Source of the DNA: an uncultured Acidobacteriota bacterium
Lineage (GTDB): Bacteria > Acidobacteriota > Thermoanaerobaculia > UBA5066
DNA: 64,000 nucleotides
Direction: 5' to 3'
Assembly: GCA_963798215.1 (NCBI GenBank)
Contig: CAWCSP010000004.1
Coordinates: 6,751-70,750, forward strand
Made by a program: the position numbers and the translations under genes. The stretch's first letter is position 1. Each line of letters begins with the position of its first letter. Of this stretch, positions 48,123-56,905 are shown piece by piece. The notes beneath the pieces were generated by a model that was not told the origin of the DNA, ran no database searches, and worked only from the letters and a program-made list of their open reading frames with translations.

Positions 48123-49034
48123 TTACCGTCTGCCGGAGAGCTTTTCGTAGACGTTGAGAAGCGCCTGGGTGCCGTCCTCGCCGCGGCCCTCGGCCTCGAG
48201 CGACGCGAGAAGCTGGTGGACGAGCGCGACGCCGGGCAGCGGCACGCCCGCCGCACGGGCGTTCGCGAGGACGATCGCGAGGTCCTTCTGCTGGTGCTTC
48301 ACCGCGAATGCCGGCTTGAAGTCGCGGTCGATCATCTTCTGTCCGAGGACCTCGAGCGCCCACGACCGCGCCGCGCCGCCGACGAGCGCCTCGTGGAGCG
48401 GCTTGAGCGGGAGGCCGGCCTTCTCGGCGAACGCGAGCGCCTCGGACACGGCCATGAGGTTGTTCGCGACGAGGATCTGGTTCACGGCCTTCCCAAGCTG
48501 CCCGGCGCCGGACGGGCCGAGGTGCGTGAGCCTCTTGCCCATCGCCTCGAACACGGGCCGCGCCTTTTCGAGCGCCGCCGCGTCACCGCCGATGAAGAAC
48601 GTGAGCGTACCCTCGACGGCGCCCTTCTGGCCGCCGGAGACGGGCGCATCGAGGAAGGCAATTCCCTTCCCGGCGAGGGCGGAGGCGATACGCCGCGCCT
48701 TCTCCGCGTCGATCGTCGACGAGTCGATCACGACCGCGCCCTTCGAGGCGCCCTCCGACGTGCCGCCCGGCCCGAGGTGCACCTCCTCGACCTCAGGGGC
48801 GTCGGGCACGCACGAGACGATCACGGAGGCGCCGCGCGCGGCCTCGGCACCGGTCACGGCCGCGCGCACGTCACGGCCGCCTTCGGCCAGCTCTTTCGCG
48901 ACGGCGGCGGCCTTGCCGGGAGTCTTCGTGGCGAGGGAAAGCGGGAAGCCGGCGCGCGCGAGGTTCGCCGCCATGGGGCGGCCCATCGTGCCGAGTCCGA
49001 GGAAGGCGACGCGTGGAAGAGAGGTGTTCGTCAT
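48123..49034 (-). CDS. NAD(P)-dependent 3-hydroxyisobutyrate / tartronate-semialdehyde dehydrogenase family oxidoreductase
   Basis: GLGTMGxPMAxNL Rossmann N-terminus and a 6PGD-like C-terminal domain. Confidence 0.85.
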   Translation of the reverse strand: MTNTSLPRVAFLGLGTMGRPMAANLARAGFPLSLATKTPGKAAAVAKELAEGGRDVRAAVTGAEAARGASVIVSCVPDAPEVEEVHLGPGGTSEGASKGAVVIDSSTIDAEKARRIASALAGKGIAFLDAPVSGGQKGAVEGTLTFFIGGDAAALEKARPVFEAMGKRLTHLGPSGAGQLGKAVNQILVANNLMAVSEALAFAEKAGLPLKPLHEALVGGAARSWALEVLGQKMIDRDFKPAFAVKHQQKDLAIVLANARAAGVPLPGVALVHQLLASLEAEGRGEDGTQALLNVYEKLSGRR

Positions 49035-49069
49035 GGTGCGCCAAGTCTAGATCCTGCTACCATTCCCGC

Positions 49070-49660
49070 GTGGAGCCATCGGAGAGACGCGCTCCCGCGC
49101 TCGCGGCCGGCGCGGCTGTCGCCTTCGCTCTCGCGGCGCTCTCGTACCTTCCGGCGGCGCGCCTCCTCCACTACGCCTCGTTCTCGGGCGACGTCGACGC
49201 CGCGCGCCTCGCGTGGCTCGTGCCGCTCGCGGTCGCCGGCGCGTTTGCCTTCGAGTTCGTCGTGCGCGGCGCCTTCTACCGCTGGCTGCGCGCGAAGCTC
49301 CCCGCGGGTCTCGCGGCGCCGGCCGTCGCGGCGCTCGGCGCGATCCCGATGGCGGCCGCACGTCTCGCGTTCGGGCCGCGTTTCGACGGGCCGCCGGTCC
49401 TCGGGCTCGTCCATGCGTACCTCGTCGCGGCCGCGCTCGGCCTCGGACTCGCATGGCTCGCGCTCGGCACGCGCTCGACGATTCCCGGCGGCGCCGCGCT
49501 CGCCGTGGTCTGGGCCGCCAAGGCCGCCGCGCCCGTGATCTCACACGGGCAGCCCGTGCCGCTCCTCGAGCTTCTCGCCGCGGCGCTTGCCGCGGTTGCC
49601 GCCGCCTTCGTCCTCTCGAAACCCCTCGCCCCCCATCGCGACGCGATGTGGGGAGCGTGA
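49070..49660 (+). CDS. CPBP-family intramembrane metalloprotease-like membrane protein
   Basis: The motif FEFVVRGAFYRWL (EExxxR) and several TM helices. The start is uncertain because no clean RBS or ATG was found. Confidence 0.5.
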   Translation: MEPSERRAPALAAGAAVAFALAALSYLPAARLLHYASFSGDVDAARLAWLVPLAVAGAFAFEFVVRGAFYRWLRAKLPAGLAAPAVAALGAIPMAAARLAFGPRFDGPPVLGLVHAYLVAAALGLGLAWLALGTRSTIPGGAALAVVWAAKAAAPVISHGQPVPLLELLAAALAAVAAAFVLSKPLAPHRDAMWGA

Positions 49661-49675
49661 CGTGGAGGCCCGCCG

Positions 49676-50248
49676 ATGGACGCTGTCCGCTCCGGCTCTC
49701 TCGTCCAGCTCGACCTCTTCGACGACGACGCGCCGCCTCCCGAGGAGGACCGCGCCGGCGAGCGCGACCTCCAGGCGCGCTACGACGCGCTCGCAAAGGC
49801 GCACGGCCTTCCGCCCGCGCGCGTGATCCTGTCGGGTCGCCGCGCGACGGGCGGCGTCATCCAGTACGGGACATGCGGGGAACCGCACGTGATCCGCGTC
49901 TCGAGCCACATGGGCCCGGACGACCGGCTCCAGACGCTCCTCCACGAGACCGCGCACGCGATCTGCGCCTCGCGCTGGGGCGCGGAGGAAGGGCACTCGC
50001 CGCGCTTCTGGGCCGTGGCCCGCGAGCTCGGCGTCGTGCGCACGGCCGCGCCCGAGACGGAGCGCCTGCGCCGGGTCCGCGAGAGCAACGCGCGCTACGC
50101 GTACCGCTGCCCGGGCTGCGCGGCCGAGTGGACGCGCCGGACGGCGTTCGGCCGCGCGCGCCTGTGCGCCGCGTGCGAGCGGGCGGGCCGCCCGGCGCGG
50201 CTCGTCCTCGTGCGGCGCCCGAAACCGGCGCGCGGAGACCGGGCGTGA
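49676..50248 (+). CDS. SprT-like zinc metallopeptidase domain protein with C-terminal zinc ribbon
   Basis: HETAHA (HExxH) and CPGC...CAAC. Confidence 0.7.
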   Translation: MDAVRSGSLVQLDLFDDDAPPPEEDRAGERDLQARYDALAKAHGLPPARVILSGRRATGGVIQYGTCGEPHVIRVSSHMGPDDRLQTLLHETAHAICASRWGAEEGHSPRFWAVARELGVVRTAAPETERLRRVRESNARYAYRCPGCAAEWTRRTAFGRARLCAACERAGRPARLVLVRRPKPARGDRA

Positions 50249-50646
50249 GGCGAACGCGATTTCTCGCGGCGGCCCTCGCGGCCGCGGCGGCGCTGCTCCT
50301 TGCGGCCGCGGCGTTCGCCGCGGGCCGGCCGTCGCTCGAGTGCTACTTCCAGACGACGCTGAGGGACCCGGCCTACCAGAAGCGGACGTACGACAAGGTC
50401 GCCGCGAAGTGGAAGTCGCCGCCCGCCGCCGAGGTGCCCCCGGTCGGGAAGAAGACGGTCGTCCAGGCCGTCATCGCGAAGGACGGCACGCTCGCGACGA
50501 CGGAGGTCTCGATGTCGTCGGGCAAGAAGGGCTGGGACGCGGCCGCGGTCGCCGCCGTGAAGGCCGCCGCGCCGTTCGACCCGCTGCCGGCCGGGTTCGC
50601 CTACCCGTCCGTGCAGGTCCACTTTCACGTCGCCGTCGTGCCGTAG
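50245..50646 (+). CDS. secreted TonB C-terminal-like domain protein
   Basis: Signal peptide. About 100-aa C-terminal domain resembling TonB_C. GTG overlapping the upstream stop. Confidence 0.5.
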   Translation: MRRTRFLAAALAAAAALLLAAAAFAAGRPSLECYFQTTLRDPAYQKRTYDKVAAKWKSPPAAEVPPVGKKTVVQAVIAKDGTLATTEVSMSSGKKGWDAAAVAAVKAAAPFDPLPAGFAYPSVQVHFHVAVVP

Positions 50647-50658
50647 CGGCCGCGGCGT

Positions 50659-51840
50659 TCAGACGACCCCGAACTCCTTCCCGACGGCGACGAACGCGTC
50701 CACGGCTTCCTGCAGGTCGTCGTCCGAGTGAACGGCCGAGATCTGGCACCTGAGGCGCGCGTGACCCTGCGGGACGACGGGGAAGCCGAAGCCCGAGACG
50801 TAGACGCCCTTGTCGAAGAGCGCGTTCGACATCGCGAGCGCTTTCGCCGTGTCGCCGACGATGACGGGGACGATCGGGTGGATGCCCTCGGGGATCCTGA
50901 AGCCCGCCGCCTTCATCTTCGCGCGGAACGTCCTCGCGTTCTTCTGGACCTTCAGGGCGGGCGAGGGGTCTTCCATGAGCATCCGGAACGCCTCGAGCGA
51001 CGCGGCCGCAACCGCGGGCGGGAGCGCGTTCGAGAAGAGCGACGTCCGCGAGCGCTGGCGCAGGAGGTCGACGACGGGCGCCGGACCCGTCGTGAAGCCG
51101 CCGGCCGCCGAGCCCATCGCCTTGCCGAGCGTGGACGTGAAGATCGTCACTCGGCTCATGACGCCGAGCTCCTCGGCCGAGCCGCGGCCCGTCTTCCCGA
51201 GGACACCGGTCGCGTGCGAGTCGTCGACGACCATCGTCGTGTCGTACGTCTCGCAGAGGTCCGCGAACGCGCCGAGCGGCGCGATCTCGCCCTCCATCGA
51301 GAAGACGCCGTCCGTGATGAAGAGGCGGCGGCGCTGCGCCTGGGCCTCCTTCAGCGCGGTCTCGAGCGCCGCGAGGTCGGCGTGCGGCGCCAGGACGCGC
51401 TTCGCCTTGCAGAGGCGGACGCCGTCGATGATCGACGCGTGGTTCAGCGCGTCCGAGAGGAGCGCGTCCTCCTCGCCGAGGAGCGGCGCGAAGAGGCCCT
51501 CGTTCGCGTTCCAGCAGGACATGTAGAGGATCGTGTCCTCCGTCCCGAAGAACTTCGAGATCGCGGCCTCGAGGTCCTTGTGGAGCTGCTGCGTCCCGCA
51601 GATGAACCGGACGGAGCCGAGGCCGTTCCCCCAGCGGGAAAGCGCCTTGCGCGCGGCGTCGAGGATGCGGGGATGGTTCGCGAAGCCGAGGTAGTTGTTG
51701 GACGTGAGCATGAGGACGCTGCGCCCGTCCACCTGGACGCGGGCGCCGGTCGGCCCTTCGAGGATGCGTTCCTTCTTCCAGGTCTTCGCGGCCTTCAGAG
51801 ACTCGATCTCGGCGCGGCAGTAGTCGGTGAGGCTCGTCAT
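50659..51840 (-). CDS. kbl: glycine C-acetyltransferase (2-amino-3-ketobutyrate CoA ligase)
   Basis: Near-collinear match to E. coli Kbl (VRFICGTQ, NHASIIDGVRLCKAKR, DGVFSMEG, PLP Lys region TLGKA). Confidence 0.9.
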   Translation of the reverse strand: MTSLTDYCRAEIESLKAAKTWKKERILEGPTGARVQVDGRSVLMLTSNNYLGFANHPRILDAARKALSRWGNGLGSVRFICGTQQLHKDLEAAISKFFGTEDTILYMSCWNANEGLFAPLLGEEDALLSDALNHASIIDGVRLCKAKRVLAPHADLAALETALKEAQAQRRRLFITDGVFSMEGEIAPLGAFADLCETYDTTMVVDDSHATGVLGKTGRGSAEELGVMSRVTIFTSTLGKAMGSAAGGFTTGPAPVVDLLRQRSRTSLFSNALPPAVAAASLEAFRMLMEDPSPALKVQKNARTFRAKMKAAGFRIPEGIHPIVPVIVGDTAKALAMSNALFDKGVYVSGFGFPVVPQGHARLRCQISAVHSDDDLQEAVDAFVAVGKEFGVV

Positions 51841-51916
51841 GCGGCGAGCCTACCCGAAAAAAGAGCGGCGGGCCGCGCGGCCCGCCGTGGAGGAAGGAGC
51901 GGGCGCCCGCCCGCGT

Positions 51917-53035
51917 CTAGAGCTTCGTGATCTGGAGCGCGAGGATCTGCGCCGTCGCGGTGGGCGCGAGGATCGAGATCGGGACGGTCAGGCCGAGCAC
52001 GTGAACGGACGAGCCCACCGCGATCCCGGCGTCGACCTTCGTCGCCGCCGTGACGAGGACGTCCTTGCCCGAGATCGTCCAGTGTCCGAGCGGGACACTC
52101 GACGGGCTCGCCACCGGCGGCAGGGACTGGACGACGCCGTCGAACTCGACCGTGCGACCCGGCGGGGGAGGCGGAGTCGCGACGACCTTCGTGATCGAGA
52201 TCGCGATCGGGATCATCGTCGGGGCCGCCGAGCCGGGCGGCAGGATCGTGACCTTCTCGAGGACGTCCACGGTGTCCCCGACCTGCGGGTTTCCGACGAT
52301 CTTCGTGTCGGCGGTCACCTGCACGAGATTGCCGCCGATCGTCCACAGCGTCGCGCCTTCTGAATCGACCTTGCCGCGGAAGGAGACGATCCGCGTCGTC
52401 GGGGTGGCGTAGGCGAAGACGTTCTTCGCGGTGACGCCGCTCGGTTCGGCCGTGACGGAGACGTTCGCGTGCATGCCGGCGGAGAGGTCCGAGAGGCCCT
52501 TCACGGGAGTTCCGTCGGCCTTGAGGCCGGACCACGTCGTGGCGGCGTTCGTCTTGACCGTCACGTCGACCAGCATGAACGTGCCCTGCGCGGTGCCGAC
52601 GCCCTGGATGATCCCGGAGAGGTTCCCAGCGTTCGCGAGGAAGACGACGACGGACGTCGCGACGAGGCGCGGCGGGAAAACCGTCGGGATGACGTCGGGG
52701 ACCGTCACCTGCGCGACGACGCGCGAGCCGGGGAGGATCGCCGTCACCGGGAGCGCGCTCGCGGACGGGTCGTCCCCGAGCGTGATCGTCGCGTTCGTGA
52801 CGTCGAGCTGGAGCGCGCCGTCGAGGACGTCGAGGATCGGGCCGTTCACCTTCGAGACGACCGAGTCCACGGTCGGCGGGAAGTAGGCCACCGGGGGAAG
52901 GATCGCGGCTTGCGCGAACGCTGGCGCGGCGCCGAACGCGAGAGCCGAGAGGAGTAGAGCCACGACGAACGGGGCGGCGGGGTTGGGGCGGATGGGGTGG
53001 CGGGCCGGTCGAGGGGGGGTGAACGTCTGCGTCAT
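51917..53035 (-). CDS. secreted protein with repeated beta-rich domains (DUF5666-like repeats)
   Basis: Signal peptide ...ALLLSALAFGAAPAFA. Repeated modules ending in TAxxVxVxG-type strands. Confidence 0.55.
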   Translation of the reverse strand: MTQTFTPPRPARHPIRPNPAAPFVVALLLSALAFGAAPAFAQAAILPPVAYFPPTVDSVVSKVNGPILDVLDGALQLDVTNATITLGDDPSASALPVTAILPGSRVVAQVTVPDVIPTVFPPRLVATSVVVFLANAGNLSGIIQGVGTAQGTFMLVDVTVKTNAATTWSGLKADGTPVKGLSDLSAGMHANVSVTAEPSGVTAKNVFAYATPTTRIVSFRGKVDSEGATLWTIGGNLVQVTADTKIVGNPQVGDTVDVLEKVTILPPGSAAPTMIPIAISITKVVATPPPPPGRTVEFDGVVQSLPPVASPSSVPLGHWTISGKDVLVTAATKVDAGIAVGSSVHVLGLTVPISILAPTATAQILALQITKL

Positions 53036-53097
53036 GGCTCCTCCTGTCGGACGTTTCGGAGTGACGCCCGGAGGAGCCATCCCACGGGGACCGCGTC

Positions 53098-53712
53098 TCA
53101 GCGCCGGCGGGCCGGCTTCTTTTTCGCGGGTTTCTTCGCCGCCTTCTTCGGTGCGGCTTTCCTCTTTGGCGCGGTCTTTCTCGGCGGGGCCTTCTTCTTC
53201 GGGGCCGCCTTTTTTGCGGGCGCCCTCTTCGCGGGAGCGGCTTTCTTCACGGGCTTCTTACCCGTTCCTCGGGCCTGCTCGCGCTTCCTGCGCGCGTGAA
53301 GCTTCTGCTTCACGAGTTCGTCGACGCCCGAGGACGGAACCCACTCCTCGTCCGGGTGCAGGTCCGAAGCCTGGAAGAGGATGATCCGGTAGCCGTCCGG
53401 ATCGAGGATCTCGGCCGAGCGCCCGGTGAACTCGTCGGCGGGAGGCCGCGTCACGGTGACGCCGCGCTCCTTGAGGCGCGCGATCGTCTCGTCGAGACTG
53501 GCGGTCGAGAAAACAGCAGCGACCTGGTTGCGCGCGGGGACCTCGCCGGGACGGAGCGGGGTGAGCTTCAGCAGGAGAGGTCCAAGAGCGAACTCGACCC
53601 AGTCGCTTTCGAACCCGCCCGCCTCCGGGAGCGCCAGCGTCTCACCGTAAAAACGGCGTGACCGCGAGAAGTCGCTCGCGAAGACATGGATGCGCCTGAG
53701 GGCGAGAAACAT
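53098..53712 (-). CDS. VOC (glyoxalase/bleomycin-resistance fold) domain fused to a histone H1-like Lys/Ala/Pro-rich C-terminal tail
   Basis: N-terminal 130-aa VOC fold. C-terminal KKPVKKAAPAKRAPAKKAAPKKKAPPRKTAPKRKAAPKKAAKKPAKKKPARRR. Confidence 0.7.
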   Translation of the reverse strand: MFLALRRIHVFASDFSRSRRFYGETLALPEAGGFESDWVEFALGPLLLKLTPLRPGEVPARNQVAAVFSTASLDETIARLKERGVTVTRPPADEFTGRSAEILDPDGYRIILFQASDLHPDEEWVPSSGVDELVKQKLHARRKREQARGTGKKPVKKAAPAKRAPAKKAAPKKKAPPRKTAPKRKAAPKKAAKKPAKKKPARRR

Positions 53713-53764
53713 CTTTCAATCCTCCGAAATGGGCGCCGGAGGATAGCAGGAAGTCCCTGAATTT

Positions 53765-54223
53765 TCAATGGGTTTCAGGCAAATCCGGAATCCCGGAGGA
53801 CGCGTGGTGGAGGCTTCCACAGGGCTCCACCCACGAGATTCCGTCCGGCCCGAACTCCTTTTTCCAGACCGGAACCCGGGCTTTGATGGCCTCGATTCCG
53901 GCCCGGCACGCCGCGAAAGCCTCCTCGCGGTGGGGCGCCGCGGCGGCCACGACGACCGCCACATCTCCAATGGCGAGGCTGCCGATCCGGTGCCGGAAGA
54001 GCACCCGGGCTCCGGGGTGCGCCCTCGCGATCTCCGCCGCGATGCGGTCCATCTCCTTCTCGGCCATCGAGTTATACGCCGAGTACTCGAGCCTCGTGAC
54101 CGCTTTTCCGGCGTTGTGGTTCCGCACGACGCCGACGAAGAGCGCGAGGCCGCCATCCCCGTCACGGCGCACGGCGAGGAGGAGCTCGGCGGGCTCGATG
54201 GGGCGCTCCGTCAGGTGCGACAT
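53765..54223 (-). CDS. moaE: molybdopterin synthase catalytic subunit MoaE
   Basis: MoaE motifs GxxRxHNxGK (VGVVRNHNAGK) and VPVWKKE. Confidence 0.85.
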   Translation of the reverse strand: MSHLTERPIEPAELLLAVRRDGDGGLALFVGVVRNHNAGKAVTRLEYSAYNSMAEKEMDRIAAEIARAHPGARVLFRHRIGSLAIGDVAVVVAAAAPHREEAFAACRAGIEAIKARVPVWKKEFGPDGISWVEPCGSLHHASSGIPDLPETH

Positions 54224-54249
54224 CGACTCATGATAAGACCGCCGGAACC

Positions 54250-55014
54250 ATGGCCGCCCGGCGCCGGAGGATCCTGGCCGTCTCGGCCCTCAAGGGGGGC
54301 GTGGGAAAGACCACGACCGCGGTGAATCTCGCGGCCGCCGCCGCCCGGGCCGGTCGCAGGACCCTCCTCGTGGACGTCGACCCGCAGGGAAGTGTCGTGA
54401 CCGCTCTCGGCCTCCCGCCGTCGGCGGGCCTCTCGAAATGGCTCCTCAAGGAGGCGGATTTCGGCGAGGCCGTCGTGCGCGCCTCGCGCGAGAATCTCGA
54501 CGTGCTGCCCGCGGGCGAGGACCTCCTCGGCGCCGAGGACGCCCTGCGCGAAAAGGGGAAGGACAAGCGCGTCGGCCGCCTCGCCAGGCGCTTCGCCTTG
54601 CTCGAGGACGAGGGCTACGAGGCGATCATTCTCGACTGCCCGCCCGCCGCGGGACTCCTCCTCGAGAACGTCTACCACGCGGCGGACGAGCTGATCCTCC
54701 CCGCGAAGCTGGACTTCCTGTCGCTTCCCGCCCTCGAGAAGACGCGCGTCTTCGTGCGGCACGCGAACGAGACGCGCGAGAAGGCGCTGAAGATCGACGG
54801 CGTCCTCCCGACGTTCTACGACCTGCGCACGGCCGTTTCGTCCGAGCTCCTCGACACGCTGCGCGAGCGGTTCACGAAGATCCTCACGCCGATCCGGATC
54901 AACGTCGCGCTTGCCGAGGCGCCGTCCGTCGGCAAGACGATCTTCGAGTTCGACGGCTCGGCCCGCGGCGCCGTGGACTACGCGCTCCTCTCCGAGGAGC
55001 TGAAGCTGGACTGA
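54250..55014 (+). CDS. parA: ParA/Soj-family ATPase (orphan, no adjacent parB)
   Basis: Deviant Walker A KGGVGKTT. 254 aa. Confidence 0.85.
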   Translation: MAARRRRILAVSALKGGVGKTTTAVNLAAAAARAGRRTLLVDVDPQGSVVTALGLPPSAGLSKWLLKEADFGEAVVRASRENLDVLPAGEDLLGAEDALREKGKDKRVGRLARRFALLEDEGYEAIILDCPPAAGLLLENVYHAADELILPAKLDFLSLPALEKTRVFVRHANETREKALKIDGVLPTFYDLRTAVSSELLDTLRERFTKILTPIRINVALAEAPSVGKTIFEFDGSARGAVDYALLSEELKLD

Positions 55015-55030
55015 CGGGCCTGCAGCCTGA

Positions 55031-55273
55031 CTAGCCGCCCGCGATCGGCGGCAGGAGCGCGACCGTGTCGCCCGGCTTCACGGCGTCCGTCTCGCGGGCC
55101 CACGCCTCGTTCACCGCGGCCCTCGCGCGGTCGCCGAAGCGCGCGATGACGGGGTGCGCGGCCGCGAGCGCGTGGCGGAGCGACGCGACGGTCGCCGGTT
55201 CTTCCAGCTCGACCGACACCTGCGGCCCGAGCTCGTCCCTGAGTGACGCGAAGAGGAGGACGTCGACCTTCAC
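55031..55273 (-). CDS. moaD: molybdopterin synthase sulfur carrier MoaD
   Basis: 80-aa ThiS/MoaD fold ending in GG. Confidence 0.8.
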   Translation of the reverse strand: MKVDVLLFASLRDELGPQVSVELEEPATVASLRHALAAAHPVIARFGDRARAAVNEAWARETDAVKPGDTVALLPPIAGG

Positions 55274-55333
55274 GCCGCGAATCTTAGCCGCTCGCCCCCG
55301 CCCCCGCGCCTAGAATCGCCGGCCGGAGGATCC

Positions 55334-56119
55334 ATGGCCGACGGACGTCTCGCCGGAAAGAACGCGCTCGTCACGGGGGCGAACAAGGGCATCGGAAAGG
55401 CGATCGCACTCCGTCTCGCGGCCGAGGGAGCGCGCGTGGCGGTCGCTGCCCGCAAGGAAGCGGAGGCCGCGGCCGTCGTCGCGGAGATCGTGAAAGCCGG
55501 AGGCGAGGCTCAGACCGTCGTCCTCGACGTGACGGACGCGGCGTCGGTCGCGACGGGCGTCGAGCGCGCCGCGCGGCCGGACCGCCGGATCGACATCCTC
55601 GTGAACAACGCGGGCCTCGGCGGGCCGTCGCCCCTCGACGGCGACGCGCGCTCGGACGCGGCGTGGAACGCGATCCTCGAGGTGAACCTCACGGGAACGT
55701 GGCGCGTCCTCCGTGCGGCGCTCCCGTTCCTCGCGCCCGGCGGCCGTGTCGTCAACATCTCTTCCGTCACGGGGCGTTTCGGCGTGGCGGGGATGGCGGC
55801 CTACGCGACGTCCAAGCACGGCCTCATCGGGCTCACGCGGTCGCTCGCGCTCGAGCTCGCGCCGAAGAAGATCACCGTGAACGCCGTCTGCCCGGGCTGG
55901 GTCGACACGGAGATGGGCCGTTCCGGCATCGCCCGGATGGCGAAGGGCCTCGGGAAGAGCTTCGAGGAGACGTTCGCCTTCGCCGGGAAAATGGCCCCGC
56001 TCGGCGAGGTCCTCGCGCCGGAGGAGGTCGCCGGCCTCGTCGCCTGGCTCGCGTCGCCCGACGCGCGGAACGTCACGGGCCAGGCCGTCGTGATCGACGG
56101 CGGGCAGGTGATGCCCTGA
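55334..56119 (+). CDS. SDR family oxidoreductase (FabG-like)
   Basis: TGANKGIGKAIA cofactor motif, NNAG, and a YxxxK-type catalytic region. Confidence 0.85.
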   Translation: MADGRLAGKNALVTGANKGIGKAIALRLAAEGARVAVAARKEAEAAAVVAEIVKAGGEAQTVVLDVTDAASVATGVERAARPDRRIDILVNNAGLGGPSPLDGDARSDAAWNAILEVNLTGTWRVLRAALPFLAPGGRVVNISSVTGRFGVAGMAAYATSKHGLIGLTRSLALELAPKKITVNAVCPGWVDTEMGRSGIARMAKGLGKSFEETFAFAGKMAPLGEVLAPEEVAGLVAWLASPDARNVTGQAVVIDGGQVMP

Positions 56120-56859
56120 GCGCAGGGAGGGCACGGGCGGCGAAGACGCCGAGGATCCGCGCCGTCTTCCTCGACGCCGGCGACACGCTGCTCCGGGCCG
56201 AGCCGCCGGTCGAGAGCGTCTACCGCGAGGCCTTCGCGCGCCACGGCGTCCTCGTGGAAGAGGAGCACGTCCACGCGGCGGCGCACGCGACGTGGCGGGA
56301 CGTCGCGGCGGCGCGCGAGCGCGGCGAGGAGCGCTGGGGCGGCGCCGGCGGCGAGGCCGGCTTCTGGAGGCGATTCGTGGGAACCGTCTTCGCGCGTGTC
56401 GGAGGCGGCGCGCTGCCCGAGCCCCTCCTCGCCGAGCTCGTCGCGCACTTCCGCGAGGAGGGGCACTGGGCGCTCGACCCCGACGCGCTGCCCGTTCTCG
56501 CGTCGCTGCGCGCGGCGGGCCATCGCCTCGCGATCGTCTCGAACTGGGACTCGTCGCTCCCGCCTCTCCTCGAGCGTCTCGGGCTCGCGGCGGCCGTCGA
56601 CACGATCGTCGTCTCGGCGCTCGTCGGCGTCAGCAAGCCCGCGCGCGGAATCTTCGACGAGGCGGTGCGCCGCGCGGGCGTCTCCCACGCCGAGGCGCTC
56701 CACGTGGGCGACTCGCTCACCGACGACTACCACGGCGCGCGGGACGCGGGCCTCTCGGCCCTTCTTCTCGACCGCCGCGGGCGGGCGCATCCCGAGGTCG
56801 AGGCCATCGGCTCACTGGCCGAGCTGCCCGCGCGGCTCCACCGACCCGTCACGGCTTAG
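56116..56859 (+). CDS. HAD-superfamily hydrolase (subfamily IA-like); start codon unresolved
   Basis: Motif I FLDAGDT and later HAD motifs (IVSNWD, GDSLTDD). No ATG or GTG is in frame upstream of motif I, only CTG at 56116. This means a rare start or a further indel. Confidence 0.6.
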   Translation: MSAGRARAAKTPRIRAVFLDAGDTLLRAEPPVESVYREAFARHGVLVEEEHVHAAAHATWRDVAAARERGEERWGGAGGEAGFWRRFVGTVFARVGGGALPEPLLAELVAHFREEGHWALDPDALPVLASLRAAGHRLAIVSNWDSSLPPLLERLGLAAAVDTIVVSALVGVSKPARGIFDEAVRRAGVSHAEALHVGDSLTDDYHGARDAGLSALLLDRRGRAHPEVEAIGSLAELPARLHRPVTA

Positions 56860-56905
56860 ACTCCCCGACGATCCGGGCGATTCCGAATTTTCCCGAGGAG
56901 GCCGA

